Counted from the first letter of the stretch, positions 1 to 8,577 are shown. The stretch: DNA of 35,150 nucleotides from Bacteriovoracaceae bacterium (GCA_049599895.1 JBMYPC010000013.1:1-35150); one strand, 5' to 3'. A program made the numbers and translations. Notes: generated by a model not told the origin, from the sequence alone.

Positions 1-55
1 AAAAAGCAACGCTGGGTATGTGGTTGTGCCTACGGAAGAGAATGAGATTCAGGAG
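1..55. repeat. Terminal direct repeat (55 bp), copy 1; circular-assembly overlap
   Basis: Bases 1-55 (aaaaagcaacgctgggtatg...gattcaggag) are identical to 35096-35150. An ORF reads in frame across the junction. Confidence 0.95.
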
Positions 56-865
56 AAGATACTGTCAGGGTACAGACAATCAGACGGAGTTATATCGGAT
101 TTAACTTTCACGGGTCTTGAAATAGGTAGGAAGTATAAAATATCAGGGCAGTTTGATCTACAAGTAAACGTAGCTACAGCGAGTAATCCTACGGCACTAG
201 TAGAGCATCTAAATGGAGCTACTCAAATCGGACGTACTTTAATATCTACTTCTGGTAATGTAGATAATATATCTACACTAGGGTTCTCATATTCTTTTAC
301 AGCAACTGACTCTACTGTGACTTTCTCAGGAGGTAGTTTAACTTCGACTTCTAGAATTAGAGGGGATGGTACGAGAGAGATGACGTTCGTCCAACTCCAA
401 AAACTACCCGATGAAAGCGGCCTAGTCACAGGAAAATTTGCGAAGGTGAGGACTTGTTATTTGACAACAAACTCGACAGCAACAACTTACGCTACAGATA
501 TACCGGCAACAACTTCATATAAAGATCGAAATACTTACGATCTTATTGGAGACTGTGGCTTCGCAAGTGTCGTGAGTAATAGGTTAAACTTAAACCAAGG
601 TGGGAAATATAACTTCTCTATCCCTGTATCAGCTTATAGTGGTAGTGGCTGGCTTGACTTGAGGGTTAGAAATAATACTTCAGGCGTAAATCAAGACTTA
701 AACACTGTCAGTTATTCCGCTGCTAGTCAGGCTTCACTTACTCCAGTGAATGTATCTATTGATATAAGTAACCCTAGTGAGTACACGTTCCAAACAAAGT
801 CAGGAAATTCAACTGGGTTAGAGTTTATAGGTCGTATCACTATCCAACAAATCCTAGCGAGATAA
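1..865 (+). CDS. C-terminal part of the 801-aa fibre/adhesin-like protein that begins at 33555 and wraps the origin
   Basis: The track ORF 20..865 is in frame with the open frame from ATG 33555 (35115-33555=1560 nt, 520 codons). Ser/Thr/Gly-rich beta-sandwich-like sequence. Confidence 0.8.
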   Translation, partial: KSNAGYVVVPTEENEIQEKILSGYRQSDGVISDLTFTGLEIGRKYKISGQFDLQVNVATASNPTALVEHLNGATQIGRTLISTSGNVDNISTLGFSYSFTATDSTVTFSGGSLTSTSRIRGDGTREMTFVQLQKLPDESGLVTGKFAKVRTCYLTTNSTATTYATDIPATTSYKDRNTYDLIGDCGFASVVSNRLNLNQGGKYNFSIPVSAYSGSGWLDLRVRNNTSGVNQDLNTVSYSAASQASLTPVNVSIDISNPSEYTFQTKSGNSTGLEFIGRITIQQILAR

Positions 866-866
866 C

Positions 867-3434
867 ATGACACTTGCACTGAGCGATTCAAAAAACCTTG
901 AACATCATCAGTTGCCTAGCTCTAGGAAGTTTTTAGCTTGCTGGTTATTTCCTAGGGAGAGATGCGTCGGGGGTTGGGAAGTTTCGCAAGATCCAATTTT
1001 TACGAGAGTTTCAAAGCATTGGGTTAATAGGGTTCTTGAAGGGAAAGTTGAGCTTGTTAGAAAAGATTCGCTTCCGATTGTGGAAGGTGAGTTTTATTTT
1101 AACGAGCTGACTAAAGAACTTTCAGTTTATCCTAGCGAAGATCCAAGAAGTACTTTTTTAACTTTGGAATATAAGCTGTTTTTTTCTAATGCTCCATTAT
1201 CGCTTCCACATGATTTAGATTCTGGTCGTGAAGTTCTCTATGAAGCTGTTTTAGATGATGCTAGTAAGTGGAAAGAATTTGTTGATAATGATACGGCTGT
1301 AGGAAAATTACAGGCTGGATCAGGAACGGTTAAATTTATCAACACTGATGGTTTTTGGGATGATGTTTTTGAAAAGTTGTGGTGGGATTCAATAGAAATA
1401 GAGTGTTACAATCTCGGGAATGATCTAGCAAATAAACGTGTTTTAACTCGTGGGATTTTGTCAGATAAGAAGTTCAATAAAGAATCAGTTTCTTTTACTG
1501 TGAAATCTTTTGTTGAAAAACTTCGATCTGATATTCAGCTTGGAAATTATTCATTATCAGATGGGAACATTCCACTATCTTTAGTTGGTAGAACTAAGCG
1601 CAGAATCTATGGGTATGTAGAAGGCTTAAAACCTGATTCCCTTGATCAAATCCAAGAAGGTATAGAACTAACTGGAACTTTTTCTGGTGTAGCTGGAAAT
1701 CTAACGATAGACGTTTCTGGATCAACCGAACTTCTAGAAGAACTTTCACCTGAAGATTATATCTCTTATACAATTGACGATGAAGATTATGAATTAATTG
1801 TTGAAGATCTCACTGATTCACAAATCACAGTCACAGAAGAAATTGAGAAATCTTTTAATGGCCTGGTATTGACTGCTAGAATTAATAAGCCGTGGCAAAA
1901 ATTGAATAGGCCGCATCTAGTCGCTAATCATGAATTAAAAGAATTTAAGTGTTTAATCACGCATCCAATTTCGTTTAATAGATTTCTAGTTGATGATCCA
2001 ACAGATTTTGAAGCTGATGATATTATCTTTGTAAATGGTGAAAAAACTAAGATCCGATTAATCTCAGGAAATGAAATTGTACTAAAGACAAATCTAAATC
2101 AAGTTCCTTCAGTCGCTAATGAGGTCGTGAAGCTTCCAGTTCAAGAAGTTTATATTAGATCCTTAAAAGCAATTTACGAGCGTGACTATACTGTTTTAAA
2201 CACTAACGGTGAAGCAAGGTTAGTTTTCAATGAAGATGCCGAATTAAATCTAGCACGTGCAACACAATTAACAGGTACTTCTTTAACTTTCACAAATAAT
2301 TCAAGAAGCGTAACTGGAATAGATACAAAATTCACTGAAGAAATCAAAACAAGAGATTGGATTAAAGGCAAAAACGAAGCTGAATATTACGAAGTTTTAA
2401 AAGTTATTGATGATACAAATCTAACACTTAGAAAACTATATGCACAAGCAACAGTTTCAGACTATGCGCTAATTAAAAAACCTGAAGTAATTGCAGATGA
2501 TACATTAATCACAGTTTCATGCTTTGGTAAAACATTCGATAATCTTTCAACTGGTAAATTTATCAAAACTGGTGCTGATGTTAATCTTGATCTAATGCTT
2601 GAAGCTGGTGTCTCTGAATCATCTATTGACCTAGAAGGCTTTGAATCAATGAATCTAGAAGCTGATTATCTTGTTTCAATGATGCTTCCAGAATCGCCAC
2701 ATGAAAACAAACCGCAAATCATGAAAGTAATGGACATGATAAACGCTTCTATTTTTGCATCAATTCATTACAACAAAGATTATCAGCTAACAATGACCAC
2801 AGTTTCTTCAGATAGACCAACAGACATTTTAAGAATTGATGATTCCGATATAACTGGAACACCTTTGGTCGAGTCAACAGGTCGTGAAGTTCTTCAAAAA
2901 GTAATTGTGAACTATAGATTTTTTGATGCTGATAGATCAACAGGGGAATCAGGTTCAAAAGATTATGAAGTAGTTAATGAACACGTTTTTAATATTTCTT
3001 CAGTCGAGCGTGAAAAAACTTATAAGCTATATTTATACTCTAGGGAAGATGCTGAAATGATTGCTAGAAAACTTTCTTTTCTTCGTGAATCTCCAAATAT
3101 AACAATCAAAGTTAGTGCAAAACAAATTTTTAATAAATCAATTATTGGTGATGTAGTTCAGTGTGATTTTAAAAAGAACTTTAACCGATTTGGATCAAAC
3201 TCAAATTTATTCATCGGAAAGATAACATATTTAGAACGTGATGAATCCGACACAACTGCAAAAATTTCTGATCTATCAGGATGGTTTTCAAAAGTCGCAG
3301 TAATAGCAAATGATGAAGCTCTTGATTACGATCAAGCAAGTGACCATGAAAGATCTATTACTGGATATATTACAGATGAATACGAACTAATTAATAACTT
3401 ACAAGAAACTCATAGAACTAATTTAATAGGATAG
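867..3434 (+). CDS. Large tail tip / baseplate hub (central tail) protein
   Basis: 855 aa, acidic, beta-rich, located in the tail module downstream of the tape measure and distal-tail genes. Confidence 0.6.
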   Translation: MTLALSDSKNLEHHQLPSSRKFLACWLFPRERCVGGWEVSQDPIFTRVSKHWVNRVLEGKVELVRKDSLPIVEGEFYFNELTKELSVYPSEDPRSTFLTLEYKLFFSNAPLSLPHDLDSGREVLYEAVLDDASKWKEFVDNDTAVGKLQAGSGTVKFINTDGFWDDVFEKLWWDSIEIECYNLGNDLANKRVLTRGILSDKKFNKESVSFTVKSFVEKLRSDIQLGNYSLSDGNIPLSLVGRTKRRIYGYVEGLKPDSLDQIQEGIELTGTFSGVAGNLTIDVSGSTELLEELSPEDYISYTIDDEDYELIVEDLTDSQITVTEEIEKSFNGLVLTARINKPWQKLNRPHLVANHELKEFKCLITHPISFNRFLVDDPTDFEADDIIFVNGEKTKIRLISGNEIVLKTNLNQVPSVANEVVKLPVQEVYIRSLKAIYERDYTVLNTNGEARLVFNEDAELNLARATQLTGTSLTFTNNSRSVTGIDTKFTEEIKTRDWIKGKNEAEYYEVLKVIDDTNLTLRKLYAQATVSDYALIKKPEVIADDTLITVSCFGKTFDNLSTGKFIKTGADVNLDLMLEAGVSESSIDLEGFESMNLEADYLVSMMLPESPHENKPQIMKVMDMINASIFASIHYNKDYQLTMTTVSSDRPTDILRIDDSDITGTPLVESTGREVLQKVIVNYRFFDADRSTGESGSKDYEVVNEHVFNISSVEREKTYKLYLYSREDAEMIARKLSFLRESPNITIKVSAKQIFNKSIIGDVVQCDFKKNFNRFGSNSNLFIGKITYLERDESDTTAKISDLSGWFSKVAVIANDEALDYDQASDHERSITGYITDEYELINNLQETHRTNLIG

Positions 3435-4352
3435 GTGAAAAAAATGGCATATTCTCCAATAGATGTATTACTTTTGAAAGCTGGTAAAGCAATCAAAGAA
3501 AGTATTCTCAATCAAATTAATGGAAATTTAGAAAATCATGAATCGAGAATTAATAATCTCTCTTCTGGTGGTGGGAAAGTTAATATTTTTAACAAAATAA
3601 TTGATCTTGAAACAGGCCGTGTTGGAACTATTGCACATTCTCTTTTAACAGAAGCGCAGTATCTTGAAAGGCACGGTTCTAACTGGAATCTCATAAAGTC
3701 TCAAGACCTAACTGGAAAAGACTTAGCTGCTCTTTACGGTTCAACAACTGCACCAACATCACTTGGTAGAACATTGAGATCATACAACAATGGTAGTGGT
3801 GTAAACCCCGATAATACTACAATTGGTGGGATTCAGGATGATCAGATTGAGTCTCATAGTCATACTACGACTGTAAACTTAGTGAATGGTGGTAGCGATG
3901 GAAGGAATTTACTTAAGGGGTCAAATTACAATACTGTCGATACAGTTAAAGCGATGCCCAATACTGGGGCAGTTGGTGGAAATGAAACACGTGGGAAATC
4001 GTTAACGGTTAACACTTTTATCAAGGAGAATGATCTAGATTTTTCTACTATGGAAATAATGAGAGCATATTCAAATATGTCTATTGTTTCAGCAACAGTT
4101 TCAAATCTTGATGCTGGAACTAGCGGAACACTTTCTGTCGATCTTTTAAAGGGAAGCTCTCTTGCTTCAATGTCAACTGCCTTAAATGCTCCTATGACAT
4201 TAGATTCAGCGGCTGGGGATAATGCCTTAAGTGCTGAAGCTGACTTTCTAGATAATCAACTAAGTCAAAATGAATTTATAAAGCTACATCTCAATTCCGT
4301 TCAAAAGCATCAGTCTAGGTTTTTTGTATCTGTTTACGCTGAAGCGATCTAA
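3435..4352 (+). CDS. Tail fibre-like protein with a tail-collar-like domain
   Basis: Collar-like segment (LAALYG...GRTLRSYNNGSGVNPD..IGGIQDDQIESHSH) and the typical fibre motif GGNETRGKSLTVNTFIK. Confidence 0.65.
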   Translation: MKKMAYSPIDVLLLKAGKAIKESILNQINGNLENHESRINNLSSGGGKVNIFNKIIDLETGRVGTIAHSLLTEAQYLERHGSNWNLIKSQDLTGKDLAALYGSTTAPTSLGRTLRSYNNGSGVNPDNTTIGGIQDDQIESHSHTTTVNLVNGGSDGRNLLKGSNYNTVDTVKAMPNTGAVGGNETRGKSLTVNTFIKENDLDFSTMEIMRAYSNMSIVSATVSNLDAGTSGTLSVDLLKGSSLASMSTALNAPMTLDSAAGDNALSAEADFLDNQLSQNEFIKLHLNSVQKHQSRFFVSVYAEAI

Positions 4353-4362
4353 TTCACCTTTT
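4351..4362 (+). promoter_or_regulatory. Putative late-promoter motif AATTCACCTTTT, copy upstream of the lysis-accessory cluster
   Basis: The same 12-mer occurs intergenically at 18866-18877 and 24132-24143. Confidence 0.55.
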
Positions 4363-4387
4363 GAGACTCTAAGCGTATTTAGTACTT

Positions 4388-4639
4388 GTGTTAGATACGC
4401 TTATAGCATGGAAACAGAATATGCAAATTAGACCATTACTTGCTTCAATCATATTAACTTCAATCATTGGTGTCGGTTCGATGGTCTTTAGTGCATTTGT
4501 TTCTTCACCACCAACACGAGCTGAATTTGAATCTTTCAAGGTTCAGACTATAGAACGTGAAAAATCAACAAATAGAATCTTACTTGATCTCAAAAAAGGT
4601 CAATTTAAAATACTTGATAAAATGGAGAAGTTGAAATGA
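4388..4639 (+). CDS. Small single-TM membrane protein (holin/i-spanin-like candidate)
   Basis: Hydrophobic stretch LLASIILTSIIGVGSMVFSAFV followed by a charged C-terminus; lies after the tail genes. Confidence 0.45.
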   Translation: MLDTLIAWKQNMQIRPLLASIILTSIIGVGSMVFSAFVSSPPTRAEFESFKVQTIEREKSTNRILLDLKKGQFKILDKMEKLK

Positions 4640-4905
4640 ATGAAGAAACACAAGTAGAAGTACAAACTGAAGAAGTAGTTATTACTGTTGGTAAAGAAAC
4701 TAAAGAAGTTGTTGATGCTCTTAACGAATTAGTTAAAGACATTAGAGCTAAAAAAGAAGTTTCGGTTATAGCTGTTGAAAATCTTCCGACTCTTTTAAAA
4801 GCAGTTGAAGGTGTTGATCAGTTAGCTAACGAAATGAAATCAGTTCACAGGGATGCAACTATCGCATATTCTGGAATGAAAATTTCAGAAGCTCTTTTAA
4901 GCTAA
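4636..4905 (+). CDS. Hypothetical protein
   Basis: 89-aa ORF with an ATGA overlap to the upstream gene and a GGAG RBS. Confidence 0.7.
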   Translation: MNEETQVEVQTEEVVITVGKETKEVVDALNELVKDIRAKKEVSVIAVENLPTLLKAVEGVDQLANEMKSVHRDATIAYSGMKISEALLS

Positions 4906-4909
4906 TTTG

Positions 4910-5032
4910 ATGGCATGGTTAAAACATATTCGAGAGATTCTTTTAATCATGCCCTTGATTCCCATTGCAGTTAAATCAATCAAACGAACTATAAATATAA
5001 TCTGGAAAAAAGATGATAAATCTGATCGGTGA
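4910..5032 (+). CDS. Unannotated 40-aa amphipathic/hydrophobic peptide (MAWLKHIREILLIMPLIPIAVKSIKRTINIIWKKDDKSDR)
   Basis: Translated by hand. It fills the gap between 4905 and 5013 and overlaps the next start. Too short for the ORF track. Confidence 0.5.
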   Translation: MAWLKHIREILLIMPLIPIAVKSIKRTINIIWKKDDKSDR

Positions 5033-5243
5033 AATTATTCTTGAAGGCCTTAAGGCTTGGAACGAAGAAAGAAGAACTCGCTTTAAAGATAAGCACCAGG
5101 CCATTCTGAAAAGAATTGATAATGCTGTTAATGCTACAGGTGAAGATTATTATGATTCTGAAGTTGATCTTTCTGAAGAAGAACTTGAAACATTTATGAA
5201 ATCATATCTTTCAGAAGTTAAATCAATCAATAAAGGTCAATAA
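5013..5243 (+). CDS. Hypothetical protein in the lysis-accessory cluster
   Basis: 76-aa ORF, TAATG-coupled to the next gene. Confidence 0.65.
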   Translation: MINLIGEIILEGLKAWNEERRTRFKDKHQAILKRIDNAVNATGEDYYDSEVDLSEEELETFMKSYLSEVKSINKGQ

Positions 5244-5536
5244 TGAAAAACCTTATCTTGCTTACATTTTTACTAGTATTAACTTGTTCTTGTTCCCATG
5301 CTGGAAAGTGGAAAGCTCAATCAATTCATCCTGATAAAATGACTTGGAGAATTTGCGACAAGCGATATGATAAGCCTGAGCTTCATCAAAAAGGTTTTTG
5401 CTACAAAGTAAAAGAAACTAAGAAGAGATTCTTCAAGAAGGATATTCATAGAGCAAAGCAACTTTTCTGTGCGTGGGGTGATGTTGCTTGCATGAGAGAA
5501 TGGCGATTGCTTGAAAAAAAGTTAGTTCGAAAATAA
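5243..5536 (+). CDS. Small lipoprotein (o-spanin-like candidate)
   Basis: Signal peptide with lipobox-like Cys (MKNLILLTFLLVLTCSCSH) and further Cys residues in the mature part. Confidence 0.5.
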   Translation: MKNLILLTFLLVLTCSCSHAGKWKAQSIHPDKMTWRICDKRYDKPELHQKGFCYKVKETKKRFFKKDIHRAKQLFCAWGDVACMREWRLLEKKLVRK

Positions 5537-5625
5537 GTAAAATCACGAGGCCACAATTTGTTGGCACAATTCTATGTAAAACTTCTTGTATCTGATTATA
5601 AGATAGGTGTCTAAGTATCTATATT

Positions 5626-5644
5626 TATAGTACATATCTACTAT
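5626..5644. promoter_or_regulatory. Palindromic operator-like box ATAGTA-N6-TACTAT, copy 1
   Basis: 5626-5644 is the exact reverse complement of 7129-7147. Related copies lie at 6311-6328 and 6687-6704. Confidence 0.7.
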
Positions 5645-5705
5645 GTTTAAATTTCCCCTTTTATGCCTTTTGGAATAGGGTTAGACTGAGTGAAAAGGAG
5701 TCGTT

Positions 5706-6266
5706 ATGAAATACTTAATAACTATGCTAATGCTTTTAAATCTTACAGCTTGTGAAGTTCCAGTTTTAAATGAAGATAGAAAAATGATATGGGTTAATCA
5801 TGGTGCTGAAGATTTCCCTCATGTTTTAAAAGTTCCAACATCAATGCAAGCACAGTATGGAACAGCAATATCTAATGCAGTTTCAACATGGAATACTGAA
5901 CTAGGAACAACGGCTTTTGAAGTTGAGTATCAAAATTCTGTAAATTGGGAAGATGATAGAATTGTTTTAAAAGAAGAAACTTTTAAAGATGGAAAGATAT
6001 GTGGAACAGATAACTATAAAGTAGCTTACACAAATTTTCATGTAAAAACCGCAACAACTCACTCTATTGAAATTCAGCTTTTTTGCCTTACAAAAGACCT
6101 TGCGAATTATGACTTTGAAACTGTTATAGTTCGAGAACTTGGGAGATCACTTGGCTTAGGATTTATTAACTCACCTAATTCAGTTCTTCATAAAGAGATC
6201 AAAACAACTGATGTTAGAAAAACGCTAAGTAATGATGATCAAGATGAATTGTATCGAGTTTACTAA
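5706..6266 (+). CDS. Lipoprotein with a degenerate matrixin (M10-like metzincin) domain; moron-like gene
   Basis: Lipobox LTAC and AAGGAG RBS. DFETVIVRELGRSLGLGFINSPNSVL aligns to the HExxHxxGxxH plus Met-turn motif with the His residues replaced. Also AVSTWN and LSNDD motifs typical of matrixins. Confidence 0.65.
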   Translation: MKYLITMLMLLNLTACEVPVLNEDRKMIWVNHGAEDFPHVLKVPTSMQAQYGTAISNAVSTWNTELGTTAFEVEYQNSVNWEDDRIVLKEETFKDGKICGTDNYKVAYTNFHVKTATTHSIEIQLFCLTKDLANYDFETVIVRELGRSLGLGFINSPNSVLHKEIKTTDVRKTLSNDDQDELYRVY

Positions 6267-6305
6267 AGTATTTATTTAAAAATGTTAAGATATTAGTTTC
6301 AGAAT

Positions 6306-6340
6306 AAAGAGTAGTATATATGTACTACTCTTTTTTTATT
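6306..6340. terminator. Hairpin terminator between convergent genes; also contains box copy 2 (6311-6328)
   Basis: AAAGAGTAGTA/TACTACTCTTT stem followed by a T-run. Confidence 0.7.
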
Positions 6341-6373
6341 TGGCCGAACTGAAAAAATGCCAAAAATTTGAGC

Positions 6374-6682
6374 TTAGTCGAATATCTTGAAGAACTTTGA
6401 AGGCTTTACTTCGAGAACATTAAGAATTTTTAAAAGGGTTTCAATTGAGATTCCCGAACGCTCGGCTTCTATATTTCCAACAGTTCCAGCACTCATTCCA
6501 ATTTCGTTAGATAGTTCTAGTTGACTCATACCTTTTTTCTCTCGTAAGAGAACGATATTAGAGGCTATGAGCTTGATTTGTTCTTGTTTGGTGTATTGGT
6601 TCACCAGTTCAGGGTAATTGTTAATATAAGGCTTTACACTCAGTCTCATTGAGTGAATTAAATCGGAATCTATGCCTATCAA
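6374..6682 (-). CDS. XRE-family HTH regulator
   Basis: NIVLLREKKGMSQLELSNEIGMSAGTVGNIEAE...ISIETLLKI is a canonical HTH_3 pattern. The true start may be the ATG at 6649. Confidence 0.85.
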   Translation of the reverse strand: MIGIDSDLIHSMRLSVKPYINNYPELVNQYTKQEQIKLIASNIVLLREKKGMSQLELSNEIGMSAGTVGNIEAERSGISIETLLKILNVLEVKPSKFFKIFD

Positions 6683-6686
6683 TTCA

Positions 6687-6704
6687 ATAGTACATAAGTA
6701 CCAT
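6687..6704. promoter_or_regulatory. Operator-like box copy 3 (ATAGTACATAAGTACCAT)
   Basis: 15/18 match to the 5627-5644 box; directly upstream of the XRE gene 6374-6682. Confidence 0.55.
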
Positions 6705-6712
6705 CAATTAAC

Positions 6713-6934
6713 TTACTCGATTCCAAATAGAAGAAAGTCAGCACTTACATCATGGATTAAACAAAGCTCTATAACTGAGTTAAGAAATTCGCTTCCTGTG
6801 AGTGTTTTACCTGATTCCCATTTATAGTAGTGAGCTTCAGAGAATGAATATTTTCTACAAAACTCAGACTTCTTCAGGCCTGTTTTTTTTCTAAGAAATA
6901 TCAACCTTTCAGCAATCTTTTCTGGTGAATACAT
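6713..6934 (-). CDS. XRE-family HTH regulator
   Basis: IAERLIFLRKKTGLKKSEF...YYKWESGK...DVSADFLLFG. Confidence 0.85.
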   Translation of the reverse strand: MYSPEKIAERLIFLRKKTGLKKSEFCRKYSFSEAHYYKWESGKTLTGSEFLNSVIELCLIHDVSADFLLFGIE

Positions 6935-7128
6935 ATTTAGATGGTAACTTTTGCCTAGTGAATCTATTAGGGAAGAAAAAAAATATTCTTTTTTTTGATC
7001 AAGAATGAAACTGAATTTGTTTAAAATTAAATATTCAGTATTTGTTTTTTGACGTTTAAAGGCAAAAATAAAATAGAAGTTGTTTCATTTTAGGGATTCG
7101 TGACCAATTATAAAGTAGTTAGCTTCTT

Positions 7129-7147
7129 ATAGTAGATATGTACTATA
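7129..7147. promoter_or_regulatory. Operator-like box copy 4
   Basis: Exact inverted copy of 5626-5644, ending about 33 nt upstream of ORF 7180. Confidence 0.7.
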
Positions 7148-7179
7148 TCAATGCTTAAGGTTTCTTAAGAAAATTAACT

Positions 7180-7407
7180 ATGGAAAATAGTTTAAAAATT
7201 TTTGAATCAATTCAAAGTAAATTATCGAAAGAAGAATTGGAAGTAATTGAATCAAAAGTTTCGGTTAATGCCCTTAAGGGATTCATCGGATCTAGTTCAA
7301 AGCATCTTACAACGGCAAAGAAGAGAGAAAAGAAAGCTCTTGAAAACTATCTGAAAAAAGATAAGAAAGAATCTATTCAATTAGAGCTTTTAAAATTTGA
7401 TGATTAA
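7180..7407 (+). CDS. Small basic hypothetical protein (antirepressor candidate)
   Basis: 75-aa ORF convergent with the repressor and preceded by box copy 4. Function is inferred only. Confidence 0.55.
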   Translation: MENSLKIFESIQSKLSKEELEVIESKVSVNALKGFIGSSSKHLTTAKKREKKALENYLKKDKKESIQLELLKFDD

Positions 7408-7904
7408 GCTTTTTTCTTGTTGGCCTGGTAAACTTCATCTTCTTCATAAAGTGATTCAAGTGTTCCACTTATCGCGGCCTGAACAGCATCAAAATCAGAA
7501 TCTTTGTGTTTGGCAATTTCCTGAAGGCCTTCTAGGATATGGGAAGGAATATCTTCAAGGTTGTTATCATTGACGATTTCACTAAGCTTCAACTGGTGTT
7601 CGGCCATTAGCTCTTTAATTGATTCAATTTTTGGAGAGGCTTCAGAAGCTTCTTGTTCATCATCTGAAAAATATGACAGGGGTTTATTGAGAATCTTAGA
7701 AACTTTTAAAAGATCCTCAAAGAAGATCTTGCTTGTTCCATTTTCCCACCTTTGAATAGTAGTAGATGAAACTCCAACAGATTCAGATAAAGACTCTCTT
7801 GTTAAGCCTGAATCCTTTCTTGCTTTATGAATTTTTGTACAAACTTGTATATTTTTCATATCTAAATGCCAGTATAAGCCGTTGAAAATATTTAAAAAGA
7901 GCAA
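7404..7904 (-). CDS. CI-like XRE repressor without an S24 autopeptidase domain
   Basis: KIHKARKDSGLTRESLSESVGVSSTTIQRWENG HTH, divergent from a cro-like gene. The probable start is the ATG at 7859. Confidence 0.8.
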   Translation of the reverse strand: MLFLNIFNGLYWHLDMKNIQVCTKIHKARKDSGLTRESLSESVGVSSTTIQRWENGTSKIFFEDLLKVSKILNKPLSYFSDDEQEASEASPKIESIKELMAEHQLKLSEIVNDNNLEDIPSHILEGLQEIAKHKDSDFDAVQAAISGTLESLYEEDEVYQANKKKA

Positions 7905-7951
7905 GTTTGTACAAAACTTAGGTTGATTTTTACCCGAACTTGTACAAAAAT
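7831..7951. promoter_or_regulatory. Three TTGTACAA-centred operators of the lysis/lysogeny switch
   Basis: TTTGTACAAA at 7834-7843 and 7906-7915, and TTGTACAA at 7940-7947, with similar flanks, between divergent HTH genes. Confidence 0.7.
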
Positions 7952-8194
7952 GACTTTATGAGAACAAAAACTATAAACCAAACATTAATTAACGAGTGGG
8001 CAAGTCAAAGACCAAGACCAGTAAATGAACTGGCTTATAAGGTCGGTTGCTCTCAAACATTAGCAAGGCAAATCATAAATGGAAGTTATCCGAAAGATAC
8101 GCATCCAAGATATGTTTATTGCCAAAAAATCGCTGATGTTATGGGTTACAAAGTTGAAGATCTTTTCGTCACTCAACTAAGTAAAGCAGCTTAG
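7940..8194 (+). CDS. Cro-like HTH protein
   Basis: ELAYKVGCSQTLARQIING...KIADVMGYKVEDLF. The probable start is the ATG at 7958. Confidence 0.75.
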   Translation: MYKNDFMRTKTINQTLINEWASQRPRPVNELAYKVGCSQTLARQIINGSYPKDTHPRYVYCQKIADVMGYKVEDLFVTQLSKAA

Positions 8195-8310
8195 TAAATT
8201 ATAAACGACAAACTAGTCGCTTAGATAACAGCAATTAATATTTATAGATACCTTCTTGAATTTTTTTCAATGGGGATTCGTGCATCAATTTTGAACAGGA
8301 ATAGGAAGAA

Positions 8311-8577
8311 ATGAAAAACGTGGAACTAAAAAAACAAACAAAAGACCAAAGTTTCAAAGACTTAGTTCAAGAAATCTTCGCTGTAGAACTAGATGTTCAG
8401 CTTTCTGGTGATCAAGTTAATCAGAAAATTCAAGAGATTTCAGAAGAGCTTACAACATTAATAATTGAAAAGTATGAAGATGAACTTATTCGCTGTGAAT
8501 ACTGTTGTCACAAATACTTAGAGATTCAAGATCATGATTTTGGAAAATGCGCTGAAGATCAAAAACTAGCGTCTTAA
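8311..8577 (+). CDS. Hypothetical early protein with a Cys/His cluster
   Basis: 88 aa, AGGA RBS, CEYCCH...H...C. Confidence 0.65.
   Translation: MKNVELKKQTKDQSFKDLVQEIFAVELDVQLSGDQVNQKIQEISEELTTLIIEKYEDELIRCEYCCHKYLEIQDHDFGKCAEDQKLAS

Noticed and set aside
1..55. 55-bp terminal repeat as a biological terminal repeat or att site
   Set aside because: It falls in the middle of a gene and its length matches a common assembler k-mer, so it is best explained as circular contig overlap.
5561..5580. Sigma54 promoter (TGGCAC) here and at 18998
   Set aside because: The -12 GC is not at the required spacing in either case.
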